Of a stretch of DNA of 64,000 bases, positions 27,681 to 37,913 are shown in pieces. Origin of the DNA: Nanobdellati archaeon (GTDB taxonomy: Archaea; Nanobdellota; Nanobdellia; CSSed11-243R1); contig JALTFL010000002.1 of assembly GCA_027007025.1 (NCBI GenBank), positions 167,066 to 231,065 on the forward strand, in the 5' to 3' direction. The notes below the pieces were generated by a model. That model had not been told where the DNA came from. It ran no database searches and saw nothing but the letters and a program-made list of their open reading frames with translations. The stretch's first letter is position 1. Every line of letters begins with the position of its first letter. Made by a program: the position numbers and the translations under genes.

Positions 27681-28240
27681 AATTTGAAGAAATAAAAAAG
27701 CAAGCTGAAAATTGTAGGAAATGTGATTTGTGGAAGACGCGCACAAATGTAGTCTTCGGTGAAGGTCCAACTAATGCAAAAGTGATGTTTATAGGTGAAG
27801 CCCCTGGTTTCAACGAGGACAAGCAGGGGAAACCTTTCGTGGGAAGGGCGGGAAAGTTTCTCGACGAACTTCTGACTGCCGCCGGGTTGAAACGTGAAGA
27901 TGTATACATCACAAACATTGTTAAGTGCCGTCCGCCAAACAACAGGGACCCGACAGACAGCGAGATAAAAGCGTGTTATCCTTATCTTGATTTTCAGATA
28001 AGCCACATAAATCCGAAGATTATTGTTCCTCTCGGCAGGCACGCTTCCAAAGTCATTTTTGAGAGATACAAATTACCTTTTGAAGGGATTTCTAAGGAGC
28101 ATGGAAAAACGAGGGAAATTTCAAATTTATTTGGAAAGCTGAAAATTATTCCTATGTATCATCCCGCGGCGGCAATTTACAACCAGTCGCTTAAAGGCGT
28201 TTTAATCGAGGATTTCAAAAAGGCGCTTGGAAATGTGTGA
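27677..28240 (+). CDS. udg: uracil-DNA glycosylase, family 4
   Basis: CxKCxL cluster, GEGP..AKVMFIGEAPG, FVGRAGKFL, ITNIVKCRPP. Confidence 0.8.
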   Translation: MKFEEIKKQAENCRKCDLWKTRTNVVFGEGPTNAKVMFIGEAPGFNEDKQGKPFVGRAGKFLDELLTAAGLKREDVYITNIVKCRPPNNRDPTDSEIKACYPYLDFQISHINPKIIVPLGRHASKVIFERYKLPFEGISKEHGKTREISNLFGKLKIIPMYHPAAAIYNQSLKGVLIEDFKKALGNV

Positions 28241-28796
28241 TATAAAAGAAGCCAAAAAGCTGCTGAAAAGCAAATCTAATAAAAAGGCAAAAGAGAGTTA
28301 CAAAAAACTAATTCCAACAGCTGAGAAAGTTTATGGCGTCTATTCTAAGGAATTTAACAAGATTGTTTCTCGATTCAAAAATTGTGACTTTAATTTTGTA
28401 GAAAAACTTTGGAAAGGAAATTATTTAGAAGAAAAAATTTTGGCTGCAAAAATTCTTGGTAAAATCTGCAACAAAAATCCAGAACTAACATTAAAATTAG
28501 TGAAAAGGTTTGTAAAGGATATAGATAATTGGGCTGTTTGTGATGTTCTTGCCACGCAAGGCATAAGGAGAATTGCCAAAGAAAAACAAAGAGAACTATT
28601 CGGTTTGTCAAGGAAACTAATTAAATCAAAGAATCCTTGGGAGAGGAGATTTGCCATTGTGCTGCTTATTAATTTTGCAAAAGATTTTACTCACAAAAAT
28701 GAAATAAAACAAATAATAAAACAAGCCGAAAAAGACAAAGAGAATTGTGTTAAGAAAGCGCTTGATTGGCTGAAAAGAAAGCTCGGAAATGTTTAA
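28227..28796 (+). CDS. DNA alkylation repair enzyme (AlkD-like HEAT-repeat glycosylase)
   Basis: NWAVCDVL and WERRFAIVLLINF are typical of the family. Confidence 0.6.
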   Translation: MEMCDIKEAKKLLKSKSNKKAKESYKKLIPTAEKVYGVYSKEFNKIVSRFKNCDFNFVEKLWKGNYLEEKILAAKILGKICNKNPELTLKLVKRFVKDIDNWAVCDVLATQGIRRIAKEKQRELFGLSRKLIKSKNPWERRFAIVLLINFAKDFTHKNEIKQIIKQAEKDKENCVKKALDWLKRKLGNV

Positions 28797-29040
28797 ATAC
28801 TACTTGTGCCTAAGAAAGAGCTGGCAAGTCGGGGGCGAGAAACGAAGTGTCAAATTTTCTGTGAGTAGTTTTACCTTAGCTTATGCTCTTTAGATTATGT
28901 TATAAAAAGAGGAGGTGCCGGAATGGCAAAGAAAAAGAAGCAAGGCAAGAAAAAATAATTTCTCTCACGAATTCAATTTTTTATCATTTTTTTCTTTTTT
29001 TGTTTTGAATATATATCCGAAACATTTATATATAAGTTAT

Positions 29041-29090
29041 GAATACATATTCTTAATATATATTCAAAATGAATATATAGAATATCTTCA
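29041..29090 (+). promoter_or_regulatory. AT-rich inverted-repeat operator-like region upstream of the DUF5320 operon
   Basis: GAATACATATTC palindrome, plus AATATATATTC / GAATATATAG inverted pair and a further GAATATATA at 29009. Confidence 0.3.
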
Positions 29091-29109
29091 AAAAATGGGG
29101 GTGGTAATT

Positions 29110-29397
29110 ATGCCATACGGAGATAGAACAGGTCCGGAAGGAAAAGGACCAAGAACTGGAAGAGGACTTGGATACTGCGGCGGATACGACAGCCCAGGAT
29201 ACACAAGAGGAACACCAAGAGGAATGGGTTACGGAAGAGGTGCAGGCAGGGGCTTCGGAAGAGGCTTCGGCTGGAACAGAGCACCTGTAAACCAGACAAC
29301 GACTCAATCAACAAATGACGACTCATTGAAAGAGGAAGTAAGTGCATTGAAAAAAATGGTTGAGGAATTGAAAAAGAAAATAGATGAACTTAAATAA
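29110..29397 (+). CDS. DUF5320-like GRG-repeat protein
   Basis: MPYGDRTGPEGKGPRTGRGLGYCGG then RGxGxGRG repeats and a C-terminal coiled coil. GGGGTGG SD. The track ORF from 28915 is an extension. Confidence 0.6.
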   Translation: MPYGDRTGPEGKGPRTGRGLGYCGGYDSPGYTRGTPRGMGYGRGAGRGFGRGFGWNRAPVNQTTTQSTNDDSLKEEVSALKKMVEELKKKIDELK

Positions 29398-29419
29398 TCG
29401 GGGCTGCTAGGTAAACACA

Positions 29420-29845
29420 ATGGAAACCAAAGTCATTAAGGAAGTACTAATTAAATCTGCTAAAAGCATTTACAACAGCTTACCAATCTTGATAGGCGCG
29501 ATTTTGCTTATAGGGTTGGTAAGCGCTGCAGTTCCCAAATCATACTATGGAATGCTTTTCAGCAAAAATCCGGTCATTGATTCTTTTATAGGAAGCGGCA
29601 TAGGGAGTATCTTAGCAGGAAACCCCGTGACAAGTTACATACTCGGCGGTGAGTTTTTGAAGCAGGGAGTCAGCCTTGTTGCTGTAACCGCGTTTTTGGT
29701 TGCATGGGTTACTGTAGGTATTGTCCAATATCCCGCGGAAGCGATTTTGCTTGGAAAGAAATTCGCACTATATAGAAACATAAGCGCGTTTTTCCTCGCG
29801 ATAGTCGTGGCGATTATAACTGTCGTGGTGGTGAGAGTCATATGA
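29420..29845 (+). CDS. predicted permease subunit (DUF318-like)
   Basis: 4 TM. Start overlaps the next gene. Confidence 0.45.
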   Translation: METKVIKEVLIKSAKSIYNSLPILIGAILLIGLVSAAVPKSYYGMLFSKNPVIDSFIGSGIGSILAGNPVTSYILGGEFLKQGVSLVAVTAFLVAWVTVGIVQYPAEAILLGKKFALYRNISAFFLAIVVAIITVVVVRVI

Positions 29846-30348
29846 AACGCACCGAAAAAAGCATGGCGGGATGGTACTTTTTGATTTCAGTAATCATACT
29901 TTACGTAATCTCATTTTTCATAAGCAAAAAAATTACGCTAAACGGATTAAGATATACTATTAAGATTTTTGAAAAGGTAATCCCAATCTTCGTGCTGATT
30001 TATGTTTTGCTTGTGTTAATCAACTACTTTGTCAAGCCGAAATCCCTGGCAAAGCATCTTGGCGAGGGCTCCGGAATAAAGGGATGGACAATCGCAGTTG
30101 TCGCGGGAATACTTTCAAGCGGACCAATTTATATGTGGTATCCATTGCTAAATGAGTTGCAAAAGCACGGAGTAAGGAATGGTTTGATTGCAGTATTCCT
30201 TTACAACAGAGCTGTTAAGCCGGCGCTTTTGCCATTGATAATCTTTTACTTTGGATTGAAATTTACAATTGTTTTGACAATTGTAATGATTGGTGTTTCC
30301 ATAATCCAAGGTATGATGATAGATAAATTTGTGGAGGTGAAATCATGA
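29842..30348 (+). CDS. predicted permease subunit
   Basis: 5 TM. Translationally coupled (ATGA overlap). Confidence 0.45.
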   Translation: MKRTEKSMAGWYFLISVIILYVISFFISKKITLNGLRYTIKIFEKVIPIFVLIYVLLVLINYFVKPKSLAKHLGEGSGIKGWTIAVVAGILSSGPIYMWYPLLNELQKHGVRNGLIAVFLYNRAVKPALLPLIIFYFGLKFTIVLTIVMIGVSIIQGMMIDKFVEVKS

Positions 30349-30656
30349 AAATTGCCGTATCATCTGAGGGAGATAATGAAAATACACAAGTGAGCATGGT
30401 AAGCGGAAGGGCGCCGTATTATTTAATTTTTGAAGACGAAAATCTTGTCGAAGCTGTAAAAAACCCATTTGCCCTTGGGGGGGGTGGAGCCGGATTTGGA
30501 GTAGCACAAATGCTTGCGAATAAGGGTGTTGAAATTGTCGTAAGTGGAAAGTTCGGCCCAAATATGAGTTCCTCACTTCAGTCGAAAGGAATAAAAATTG
30601 TTGAAATGTCTGGATTAACAGCAAAAGAGGCGGTAAAGAGGGTCTTAAATGCCTAG
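30345..30656 (+). CDS. NifX/NifB-like dinitrogenase FeMo-cofactor-binding domain protein
   Basis: [10 protein letters not shown]...[12 protein letters not shown]...[23 protein letters not shown] matches the PF02579-type pattern. Confidence 0.7.
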   Translation: MKIAVSSEGDNENTQVSMVSGRAPYYLIFEDENLVEAVKNPFALGGGGAGFGVAQMLANKGVEIVVSGKFGPNMSSSLQSKGIKIVEMSGLTAKEAVKRVLNA

Positions 30657-31005
30657 ACCTATAAAATTCAGAAGAGTTGGATTCAACCCAGGTGCAATTT
30701 ATTTCAAACCTGTAGGTATACCCATGTCAACTTTGGAAGAAGTTATCTTGACAATGGAAGAATTTGAGGCAATTAGGCTTAAGGACTTGGAAGGACTTGA
30801 CCAAACAGAAGCTGCCAAAAAAATGAATGTCTCCCAGCCCACATTCAACAGAATTTTAAACTCTGCAAGAAGCAAAATAGCCGATGCATTAACAAATGGT
30901 AAGGCAATCCGTATAGAAGGTGGAAATTATGAATTTGTTGGCGGCGGAAGAGGTATGGGTAGGGGCTTTGGTAGAGGAAGAGGTATGGGGCGTGGTAGAG
31001 GATAA
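30649..31005 (+). CDS. DUF134 (UPF0251) predicted DNA-binding protein with GRG-repeat tail
   Basis: [17 protein letters not shown]...[35 protein letters not shown]-terminus [21 protein letters not shown]. Confidence 0.7.
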   Translation: MPRPIKFRRVGFNPGAIYFKPVGIPMSTLEEVILTMEEFEAIRLKDLEGLDQTEAAKKMNVSQPTFNRILNSARSKIADALTNGKAIRIEGGNYEFVGGGRGMGRGFGRGRGMGRGRG

Positions 31006-31007
31006 TT

Positions 31008-31738
31008 ATGGAACCCAAAATTAAGGCTAAAAATGTTACTTTGATAACTATTTATGACAACTATCAATATAACCCTAAATTAAAAACAGGGTGGGGCTTT
31101 TCTTGCCTAGTAAAAGTGAATGGAAAAAATATTTTGTTTGATACAGGAGGAAATGATTCTATCCTGTTAGGTAACATGGAAAAGATGAACATTGATCCAA
31201 ATCAAATAGATATTGTTGTATTATCACATATTCATGGAGACCATACTGGTGGGTTAACCGAATTTCTAGAAAAAATAGCAATGTAACTGTTTATGTGCCA
31301 CACGCCTTTCCCAAAAGCTTTAAAGCCAATGTTAAAAGTAGGGGAGTAAAAGTGATTGACGTCGATAAACCAATAAAAATTTTTAATTCTATTTACACAA
31401 CTGGCGAGCTTGGAACATTCATCAAAGAACAATCCTTAGTAATAACATCAGACAAAGGCTTAATTATTGTAACTGGTTGTTCTCACCCAGGTATTGTTAA
31501 TATTGTAAAAAAGGCCGAAGAAATTTTTGACAAAGAAGTTTATTTAGTTATAGGCGGATTTCATTTAATTGGAAGTTCCGATTCTGAATTAAAGAGTATC
31601 ATATCTGATTTTAGAAAACTTGGTGTCAAAAATGTAGCCCCTTGTCACTGCAGTGGAGATAGAGCAAGAGAATTATTTCGAGAGGAATATGGAGAGAACT
31701 TTATAAATAATGGCGTAGGAAAAATTATTAAAGTGTAG
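31008..31738 (+). pseudogene. MBL-fold metallo-hydrolase interrupted by a frameshift at an A6 run
   Basis: Two ORFs (31008..31286 and 31295..31738) form one MBL protein (HIHGDH motif in part 1). The frames rejoin if the A6 run at 31270-31275 is read as A7 (..FLEKNSNVTVYVPHAF..). Confidence 0.55.
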
Positions 31739-31757
31739 AAAATTCAGGTGATTAAAA

Positions 31758-32081
31758 ATGGTAAAAGTGGATAGAGAAAAATGTATTGGCTGCGGTGTCT
31801 GTGTAAGCGTTTGTCCTGAAGGCTTTGAAATTGTAGAAGGAAAATCAAGAGTAAAAAATGAGAATGCCAAATGTATTGCTGAAGCAGCTGCTAAATGCCC
31901 TATGAAAGCAATTTTATTAAATGAAAATGAAGAAAAAAGTTCCTCACAACCGCAACAACAATCTCAACAAAAACCATCCCAACCATTAGAAAGAGGTATG
32001 AGACGTGGCAGAGGAAGAGGCATGGGAAGAGGACTCGGCAGGGGACGCGGAATGGGGCGCGGAAGAGGCGGTAAGTTTTGA
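31758..32081 (+). CDS. 4Fe-4S ferredoxin-domain protein with GRG-repeat tail
   Basis: CIGCGVCVSVCP and CPMKA cysteine motifs. C-terminal [22 protein letters not shown]. Confidence 0.6.
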   Translation: MVKVDREKCIGCGVCVSVCPEGFEIVEGKSRVKNENAKCIAEAAAKCPMKAILLNENEEKSSSQPQQQSQQKPSQPLERGMRRGRGRGMGRGLGRGRGMGRGRGGKF

Positions 32082-32818
32082 ATATTTTGCTTTTGATTTT
32101 TATAGCGACTATGATTGATGGACTTGTCGCATTGATAGGTGTCTTCACGCTTATTTTTAATCCAAAAGTGCTTAACAAAATAATTTACGGGCTTGTCGCT
32201 TTCTCGGCGGGGGCTCTTTTCAGCGGGGCGCTGCTTCACATGATTCCCGAAACGTTGGGAAAGGCTTCTTCAAATATGATTTTTGGATTGGTGATAATTG
32301 GGTTTGCCGTTTTTTATTTGATGGAGCGGCTTCTTCACTGGCACCACTGCCACAAGGACAAGTGCGAAGTCCATTCATTCAGCTATCTAATTTTATTTGG
32401 AGACGGGATTCACAATTTCATAGATGGCTTGATAATCGCCGCGGGCTTTGCTGTCGGCATTCCATTTGGTATTATAACAACTTTGCTCATAATTGGACAT
32501 GAGATACCGCAGGAGCTCGGCGACTTCGGCGTTTTGGTTTACGGCGGGTTCAAGCCAAAGAAAGCGCTTTTATATAACTACATCTCGCAGCTTACCTGTG
32601 TGATTGGAGGGTTTATAGGGTATTTATTTTCATATTCTTCGCAGATGTTTTCAACTTATCTTCTGCCGTTTGCAGCTGGAGGATTCATTTACATATCGGC
32701 GTCCGATTTGATTCCCTCGCTTCACACAGAAAAGAACGTCGGCAAGTCCATGATTGCGTTTGTAGTATTTTTAACAGGTGTTCTTTTGATGGCTGGGCTC
32801 AAATTTGTTTTGCAGTAA
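32078..32818 (+). CDS. zupT: ZIP-family zinc/iron permease
   Basis: GHEIPQELGDFGVL motif. 8 TM. Confidence 0.7.
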   Translation: MNILLLIFIATMIDGLVALIGVFTLIFNPKVLNKIIYGLVAFSAGALFSGALLHMIPETLGKASSNMIFGLVIIGFAVFYLMERLLHWHHCHKDKCEVHSFSYLILFGDGIHNFIDGLIIAAGFAVGIPFGIITTLLIIGHEIPQELGDFGVLVYGGFKPKKALLYNYISQLTCVIGGFIGYLFSYSSQMFSTYLLPFAAGGFIYISASDLIPSLHTEKNVGKSMIAFVVFLTGVLLMAGLKFVLQ

Positions 32819-32885
32819 ATTGTCAATATAAGCATTACTGGACAACACCCTAAACTATAAAAAGGAAAATTTGGTAGTAATTTTC

Positions 32886-33923
32886 ATGGCAAAGAAATCT
32901 CCTAAAGAGGAAAAAGAAATTATTGAAGAAAAGGCAACTGATGTTGAAACAGCTCCAGAGCAAGTAACGGAGCCGGAGGAGAAATTTGAAATAGAAGATA
33001 TTCCTGGAGTCGGCGCGACGACAGCCCGGAAGATGAGGAGCGCCGGTTATGATGATCCAATGGGAATTGCCACGTCTAATCCTCTAAGCCTTGCGGAAGT
33101 TTGTGAGATTGGTGAGGCGACCGCAAGGAAGATTATACAAGCCGCACGCACTCATCTTAAGATGGATTTTGTAACTGGTGCGGAAATGCTCGAACGTATG
33201 AAAAAGATAAAAAAGATAACAACAGGTTCAAAGGCACTTGATAGTTTAATCGGCGGGGGAATAGAAACCCAAGCCATAACAGAAGCGTACGGCGCTTACG
33301 GAAGCGGAAAGTCACAGATGGCTTTTCAGCTCGCTATTAATGCACAACTTCCAGAGGAACAGGGAGGTTTGAATGGTGATGTAGTTTGGGTGGACACCGA
33401 AGGAACATTCCGTCCGAACAGAGTAATACAGCTTGCCGAAGCAAAAGGGTTGAATCCGAAGGAAGCCCTTGAAAGAATTCATGTCGCGAGAGCTTTTTCA
33501 GCGGACCATCAGATTTTGCTTGTTGAAAAGATACCTGAACTTTTCAAGAAATATCCTAACATAAAATTAATCATAGTTGATTCTCTCACTTCTATCTTTA
33601 GAAGCGAGTATGTGGGCAGGGGGACTCTTGCTGAGAGGCAGCAAAAACTCAACAAACACATACATACTTTGCAGAGATTGGCAGACAGGTATAATGTCGC
33701 AGTTTACATAACCAATCAGGTTATGGCAAAGCCTGATATGTTCTTTGGAGATCCGACACAAGCTGTAGGTGGACACGTGCTTGGTCACGCATCAACATAT
33801 AGGATTTATTTAAGGCATTCGAAAGGCGACAAGAGAGTAGCCAAACTTGTTGACTCACCGTGTTTACCAGAAGGCGAATGCGCGTTTAGGATAACAGAAG
33901 AAGGAATTCAAGATATTGATTAA
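32886..33923 (+). CDS. radA: DNA repair and recombination protein RadA
   Basis: HhH ([15 protein letters not shown]), Walker [10 protein letters not shown], Walker B LIIVDSL. ATG 32886. The track starts at TTG 32871. Confidence 0.85.
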   Translation: MAKKSPKEEKEIIEEKATDVETAPEQVTEPEEKFEIEDIPGVGATTARKMRSAGYDDPMGIATSNPLSLAEVCEIGEATARKIIQAARTHLKMDFVTGAEMLERMKKIKKITTGSKALDSLIGGGIETQAITEAYGAYGSGKSQMAFQLAINAQLPEEQGGLNGDVVWVDTEGTFRPNRVIQLAEAKGLNPKEALERIHVARAFSADHQILLVEKIPELFKKYPNIKLIIVDSLTSIFRSEYVGRGTLAERQQKLNKHIHTLQRLADRYNVAVYITNQVMAKPDMFFGDPTQAVGGHVLGHASTYRIYLRHSKGDKRVAKLVDSPCLPEGECAFRITEEGIQDID

Positions 33924-35707
33924 TGGCGCTTTTTAAAAATAATATATACTCCACCAGCGAGTATTGTTATTAATAATATTAATATTGATAGCGATGACTT
34001 TCCATCTTCAAATATGAACAATCCCGTGAGGGATGGATTATTTTTTGATATTATGAATTGATAATCTTTTGAAATTATAGTTCCATCTTTGCTGCCAATT
34101 TTGAGGGTTGTATTATATACTCCTGTTTTGGTAAACTTGAGGATATACTCAAGCTTTGCTGTTTGATTAGGACATAATGTTGTTGAGTTAAATCTTTTAT
34201 CTACCATTGTAAACTTAATTGGCAATAGCGAAGAATTCAGCCCGAAAATTGTTTCGTTTGTCGGGTTTTCTATGTTGACTGAAACTGCCGTTGGTGTGTT
34301 AACATATGAATATACTTTTGTTGTGTTGTCTTTATAGATTGATGATTTGTTTATGGTAACTGTTTGATTGACAGTCTTGCTTGGTGAAGAAACACTTGTA
34401 AAAGTTTTGTCTATAATTTTTGTTTTCTGAAGTTCGAGCAAGTGAATGTCTGACAATTCAAATGGTCGCTTAACTTTCAATTTTATATCTCCTTCATAAT
34501 TGAGGCAACTGTTGTTTGCGGGAGCAATTAATATAATATTATTGTATTTTTTGAGCATATGTTGTTTTTGTGTGAGAATAATACTATCGTTTACAATCCC
34601 TTTTAAAATGCTGGATGTGTAATCTTTCGCAAAAGAAATTGTTTTGAAATCATTGTTGTCAAAATAAATAGCGAAACTGGTGTTTCTCATTCCAAATGCT
34701 TTTGCGGTGATTTTAACTTTAATAATACTTCCGTTAGCATATACCAGTCTGTTAGGATTTATTGACAATATCATTTTTGGAGACATATCAAACGAGAATG
34801 TTTTGTTTTTTGAAAATTTATCTGCGTTTATGTGAAAATTGAAATTTGTGTCAGGGCATCCTTTGCCGTCGTTATACATCCTGAAGTTGATTATTCTGCT
34901 TGACTTTCCCTCGGGGATGCTGTCAATTGGATTGTACTGTATGAACCACCCTTCATCATAATCAACCGAAATGTTTGGATAATAATTGTAATTTAAGGTA
35001 TCTATCTTGAACTGCAGCGGCATACCAATTGAAACATTTTTCTGCAATGGGGTGATGTTAACTTCAAAAATTTTGTTGTATACCTTCACAGTTGTATTGC
35101 TGCAAGTGTCGGCGCAAATCTCCAATGTGATTGTGCTTGTTTTTCTGTTTGGGTTTGTGGACTTGAATGGGATACTCACCTTTTTTGTGAACGAGCCGCT
35201 GCCCACAAAAATTTCATCGCTGGGTGTGTTGAATTCCATTTTGTTGAAATGTAATTTTATAACTACATTGTTGACATTCATAGCGTATGCTGTCGCGTTT
35301 ATGAAAAAAGAATTTCCTTTTTCAACTGTAAAACTGTTCGGGGCTGTTACTCTTGCGTATTTCGGCTTGACATTCACGAACAATATGTCGCTCTCATTGC
35401 CAATTGTAAACTTTATGCTAGTTTTTCCTGGAGTCAAAGCCGTAAAGTGATAACCGAGCGTTCCCGAGAATCCCCCATTTCCGAAGTCGACAACTTGGCT
35501 GGGAGAATCTAAACTTATGGCGCTTTCGTTGAAACTTGTTACAAGGAATATATGGTTTGATGTGTTTGTTGAAAATGAAACATTAATGCTGAAGGAATCT
35601 CCGTCAAGTACTTCAACGATGTCTTTTGAGGTAGACAAATATGGCTTTGCCACTGAAAGAATCATAAACACCAAACAAATTACCAATGCCGCCCTAACTT
35701 TATCCAT
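33920..35707 (-). CDS. secreted surface protein with C-terminal membrane anchor (adhesin/S-layer-like)
   Basis: N-terminal signal peptide. 595 aa rich in N/S/T. C-terminal TM plus KKRH. Confidence 0.45.
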   Translation of the reverse strand: MDKVRAALVICLVFMILSVAKPYLSTSKDIVEVLDGDSFSINVSFSTNTSNHIFLVTSFNESAISLDSPSQVVDFGNGGFSGTLGYHFTALTPGKTSIKFTIGNESDILFVNVKPKYARVTAPNSFTVEKGNSFFINATAYAMNVNNVVIKLHFNKMEFNTPSDEIFVGSGSFTKKVSIPFKSTNPNRKTSTITLEICADTCSNTTVKVYNKIFEVNITPLQKNVSIGMPLQFKIDTLNYNYYPNISVDYDEGWFIQYNPIDSIPEGKSSRIINFRMYNDGKGCPDTNFNFHINADKFSKNKTFSFDMSPKMILSINPNRLVYANGSIIKVKITAKAFGMRNTSFAIYFDNNDFKTISFAKDYTSSILKGIVNDSIILTQKQHMLKKYNNIILIAPANNSCLNYEGDIKLKVKRPFELSDIHLLELQKTKIIDKTFTSVSSPSKTVNQTVTINKSSIYKDNTTKVYSYVNTPTAVSVNIENPTNETIFGLNSSLLPIKFTMVDKRFNSTTLCPNQTAKLEYILKFTKTGVYNTTLKIGSKDGTIISKDYQFIISKNNPSLTGLFIFEDGKSSLSILILLITILAGGVYIIFKKRH

Positions 35708-35800
35708 TTCTCTTTCCGCCTTAGCGAGCGACTTTTCCCCCCTTTTAGAGGATAATTCTGGGGATTATAAAGGTTTTCCTAATATTTAGATAAGTTTATA

Positions 35801-36214
35801 TTGCTCTTTTTGTTAAATAATATTATGGAACTCAAAATTTTGATATTGTTTGTGGTCTTAGCATTAGCAGTTGTATCATTGGGATGTATTGGAGGCGAAA
35901 AACAGACGCCAATAAATTCAAATGTTAGCCACAATAATGAGATGCCTGTGACTAATGTAACAACATCAGAAAAGCAGATATACCAGTGTCCTTTAGATTC
36001 TAACAAAATAAATTATGACTGCGAAACCGATGCGGACTGTAAGATGGTAACATGCCATTCTGGCGCGGGAGATGTTGATGCGTGCGTGAGCGTGGATTCT
36101 GGATATGAAGGAGTTCATTCAACACACTGCGTCTGTAAGGTCACAGGCACATACACCTCTTTTGAGAATGGTACTACGACCACAGGGGAAATCAAAAACT
36201 GTAAGCATATCTGA
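35801..36214 (+). CDS. secreted Cys-rich small lipoprotein-like protein
   Basis: Signal peptide with LGC. At least 8 Cys in the mature part. Confidence 0.4.
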   Translation: MLFLLNNIMELKILILFVVLALAVVSLGCIGGEKQTPINSNVSHNNEMPVTNVTTSEKQIYQCPLDSNKINYDCETDADCKMVTCHSGAGDVDACVSVDSGYEGVHSTHCVCKVTGTYTSFENGTTTTGEIKNCKHI

Positions 36215-36219
36215 AGGGG

Positions 36220-36648
36220 GTGATACCTTTGTTTGAGGACATCTTTGGAGAATTTAGTAAGATGCAAAAGGATATGGAGAAATTGTTTTCTAAAATGTCA
36301 AATCAATTCAAAGAGTATGCCATTAGAGACGTACCCGCAGACATTTCTGAGTCAAATGGCGATGTGATTGTGAAGTTAGACATGCCTGGCGTCAACAAGA
36401 ATGACATAGATTTAGCAGTTACCGAGGATAGCATTTCTGTGAAAGCCAAACGTAAGGATATTCTTGAAGAAAATAAGGAAGGGATATATAGACAGGAAAG
36501 GGTGTCAAAGGGGTACAACTTTTACACCGAGCTTCCCGTGAGGGTGGAGCCGGAGACGGCTGAAGCAAAATACGAGAACGGTGTCTTGACTGTGAATATA
36601 AAAAAGGCAGAGAAGCAAAAGAATTCCAAAAAAGTGAAAGTGGAGTAA
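36220..36648 (+). CDS. hsp20: small heat shock protein (Hsp20/alpha-crystallin)
   Basis: Alpha-crystallin domain (VKLDMPGVNKNDIDLAV...AEAKYENGVLTVNI). Confidence 0.8.
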   Translation: MIPLFEDIFGEFSKMQKDMEKLFSKMSNQFKEYAIRDVPADISESNGDVIVKLDMPGVNKNDIDLAVTEDSISVKAKRKDILEENKEGIYRQERVSKGYNFYTELPVRVEPETAEAKYENGVLTVNIKKAEKQKNSKKVKVE

Positions 36649-36649
36649 T

Positions 36650-36958
36650 TTATTTTGTTATTATTTTTGTATATCTTTCTAGTAATGTTATAATAGTCGC
36701 GATTATTGTCAACCCTATTGTCCAGCTTAAAAGGACTTCCTCAAGTTTTTTCCATCCGAACTCTTGGTACATTATGATTGATGCTATGACTCCTATTATA
36801 ATAGGAATAGATATTACGCTTTTGAAGTGTGTTACTATAAATTTCAAGGATTCTTCTCTTTTGAGCCGCTCGTAGCTTTCGCCGTGCTTGTATCTCTCAG
36901 CTTTTTTTAGTTTGTATTTTTCCCATGAATTTTTCAGCATTCTATCGAGGTTGCTCAT
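36650..36958 (-). CDS. small membrane protein
   Basis: 102 aa, 2 TM. Confidence 0.3.
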   Translation of the reverse strand: MSNLDRMLKNSWEKYKLKKAERYKHGESYERLKREESLKFIVTHFKSVISIPIIIGVIASIIMYQEFGWKKLEEVLLSWTIGLTIIATIITLLERYTKIITK

Positions 36959-37015
36959 GTCAATTCCAATAAAGATTTATATTTTAAACCTTTCTAAGAT
37001 AATAGGGGGTATGAT

Positions 37016-37480
37016 ATGTTGGTGAGTTGTAGTATATGTGGCAAAAGAGATGCGACTGTTATAGCGGTTATTGAAGGAGTTTCTCTTGAAGTTTGCGACG
37101 AGTGCGCAAAGCTTGGAAGGGTGTCAAAAAGAATAGCCGAAAAGAAGGTAGTCAAGAAGACGAAGCCTGTTCCTCTGCGAAGGGAAGTGGAGGAATCAAT
37201 AGTTCTGGACTTCGCCGGAAAAATAAAGTCCGTCCGCGAGAAGAACGGCATGACTCAAGAAGATTTTGCTAAAACCCTGAATGAGAAGCTAAGCGTCATG
37301 AAGCACGTCGAAAACGGAAACCTGGTTCCGAGCCTCAAACTCGCCAGAAAGATAGAAGACAAGTTTGGCATTCAACTGATTGAGGAACAAGGAGAGGTCG
37401 GCGGAGGCGGAGCATCATTCGGCGCGTCGGAAAAGGCCACGCTGGGCGACTTGATTGAGATAAAAAGAAGAAAGAAATAA
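37016..37480 (+). CDS. mbf1: archaeal MBF1 homolog (zinc ribbon + HTH-XRE)
   Basis: N-terminal CSICG..CDEC Zn ribbon, then HTH (GMTQEDFAKTLNEKLSVMKHVENG). Confidence 0.65.
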   Translation: MLVSCSICGKRDATVIAVIEGVSLEVCDECAKLGRVSKRIAEKKVVKKTKPVPLRREVEESIVLDFAGKIKSVREKNGMTQEDFAKTLNEKLSVMKHVENGNLVPSLKLARKIEDKFGIQLIEEQGEVGGGGASFGASEKATLGDLIEIKRRKK

Positions 37481-37567
37481 TTACTGTTTTAATATTTCTT
37501 TTTTTGTTTTCATATAATTTTACATCACACCGAATGTTATAAAAAATACAAAAGAGTTAATTGATAT

Positions 37568-37906
37568 ATGCCATTTACAATTGTATCAACGCCAGCATTC
37601 ATGAGAAGAGTGAAGAAATTAAAAAAAGATCATAAGAATAGAATTAAAAAGTTTATAGAAAAAATCGAAAAAGAAGGATTGCATACCCTAAAGATTCTAA
37701 CCACTCAAAATGATTATATCCTTGGAGAAATAAAATCATCAAAGCCACCTTATAGATTATATGTTGTGTATGATCAAAAAACAAAAATATTCTACGCCTT
37801 ATTGTGGGAATCCAAAAACAAACAGAAGAAAATAATACGAAAATTAACTAAACAGCTAAAAATGGGTGTTGATATAGGGATAAATTATATATTTGGAGAA
37901 GAATAA
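37568..37906 (+). CDS. RelE/ParE-like toxin-fold protein (solo)
   Basis: The pattern ..KKFIEKIEKEGLHTLKIL..PPYRLYVVYDQKTKIFYALLWESKNKQ resembles the RelE superfamily. No antitoxin ORF is upstream. Confidence 0.3.
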   Translation: MPFTIVSTPAFMRRVKKLKKDHKNRIKKFIEKIEKEGLHTLKILTTQNDYILGEIKSSKPPYRLYVVYDQKTKIFYALLWESKNKQKKIIRKLTKQLKMGVDIGINYIFGEE

Positions 37907-37913
37907 AAAAAGA

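Noticed and set aside
29420-30348. Reading the intron-like CTTTCTT...AAGAAAG motifs as protein low complexity or as transposon terminal repeats
   Set aside because: The motifs occur only inside or next to tRNA genes and fold as BHB-type hairpins. No transposase or long terminal inverted repeats accompany them.
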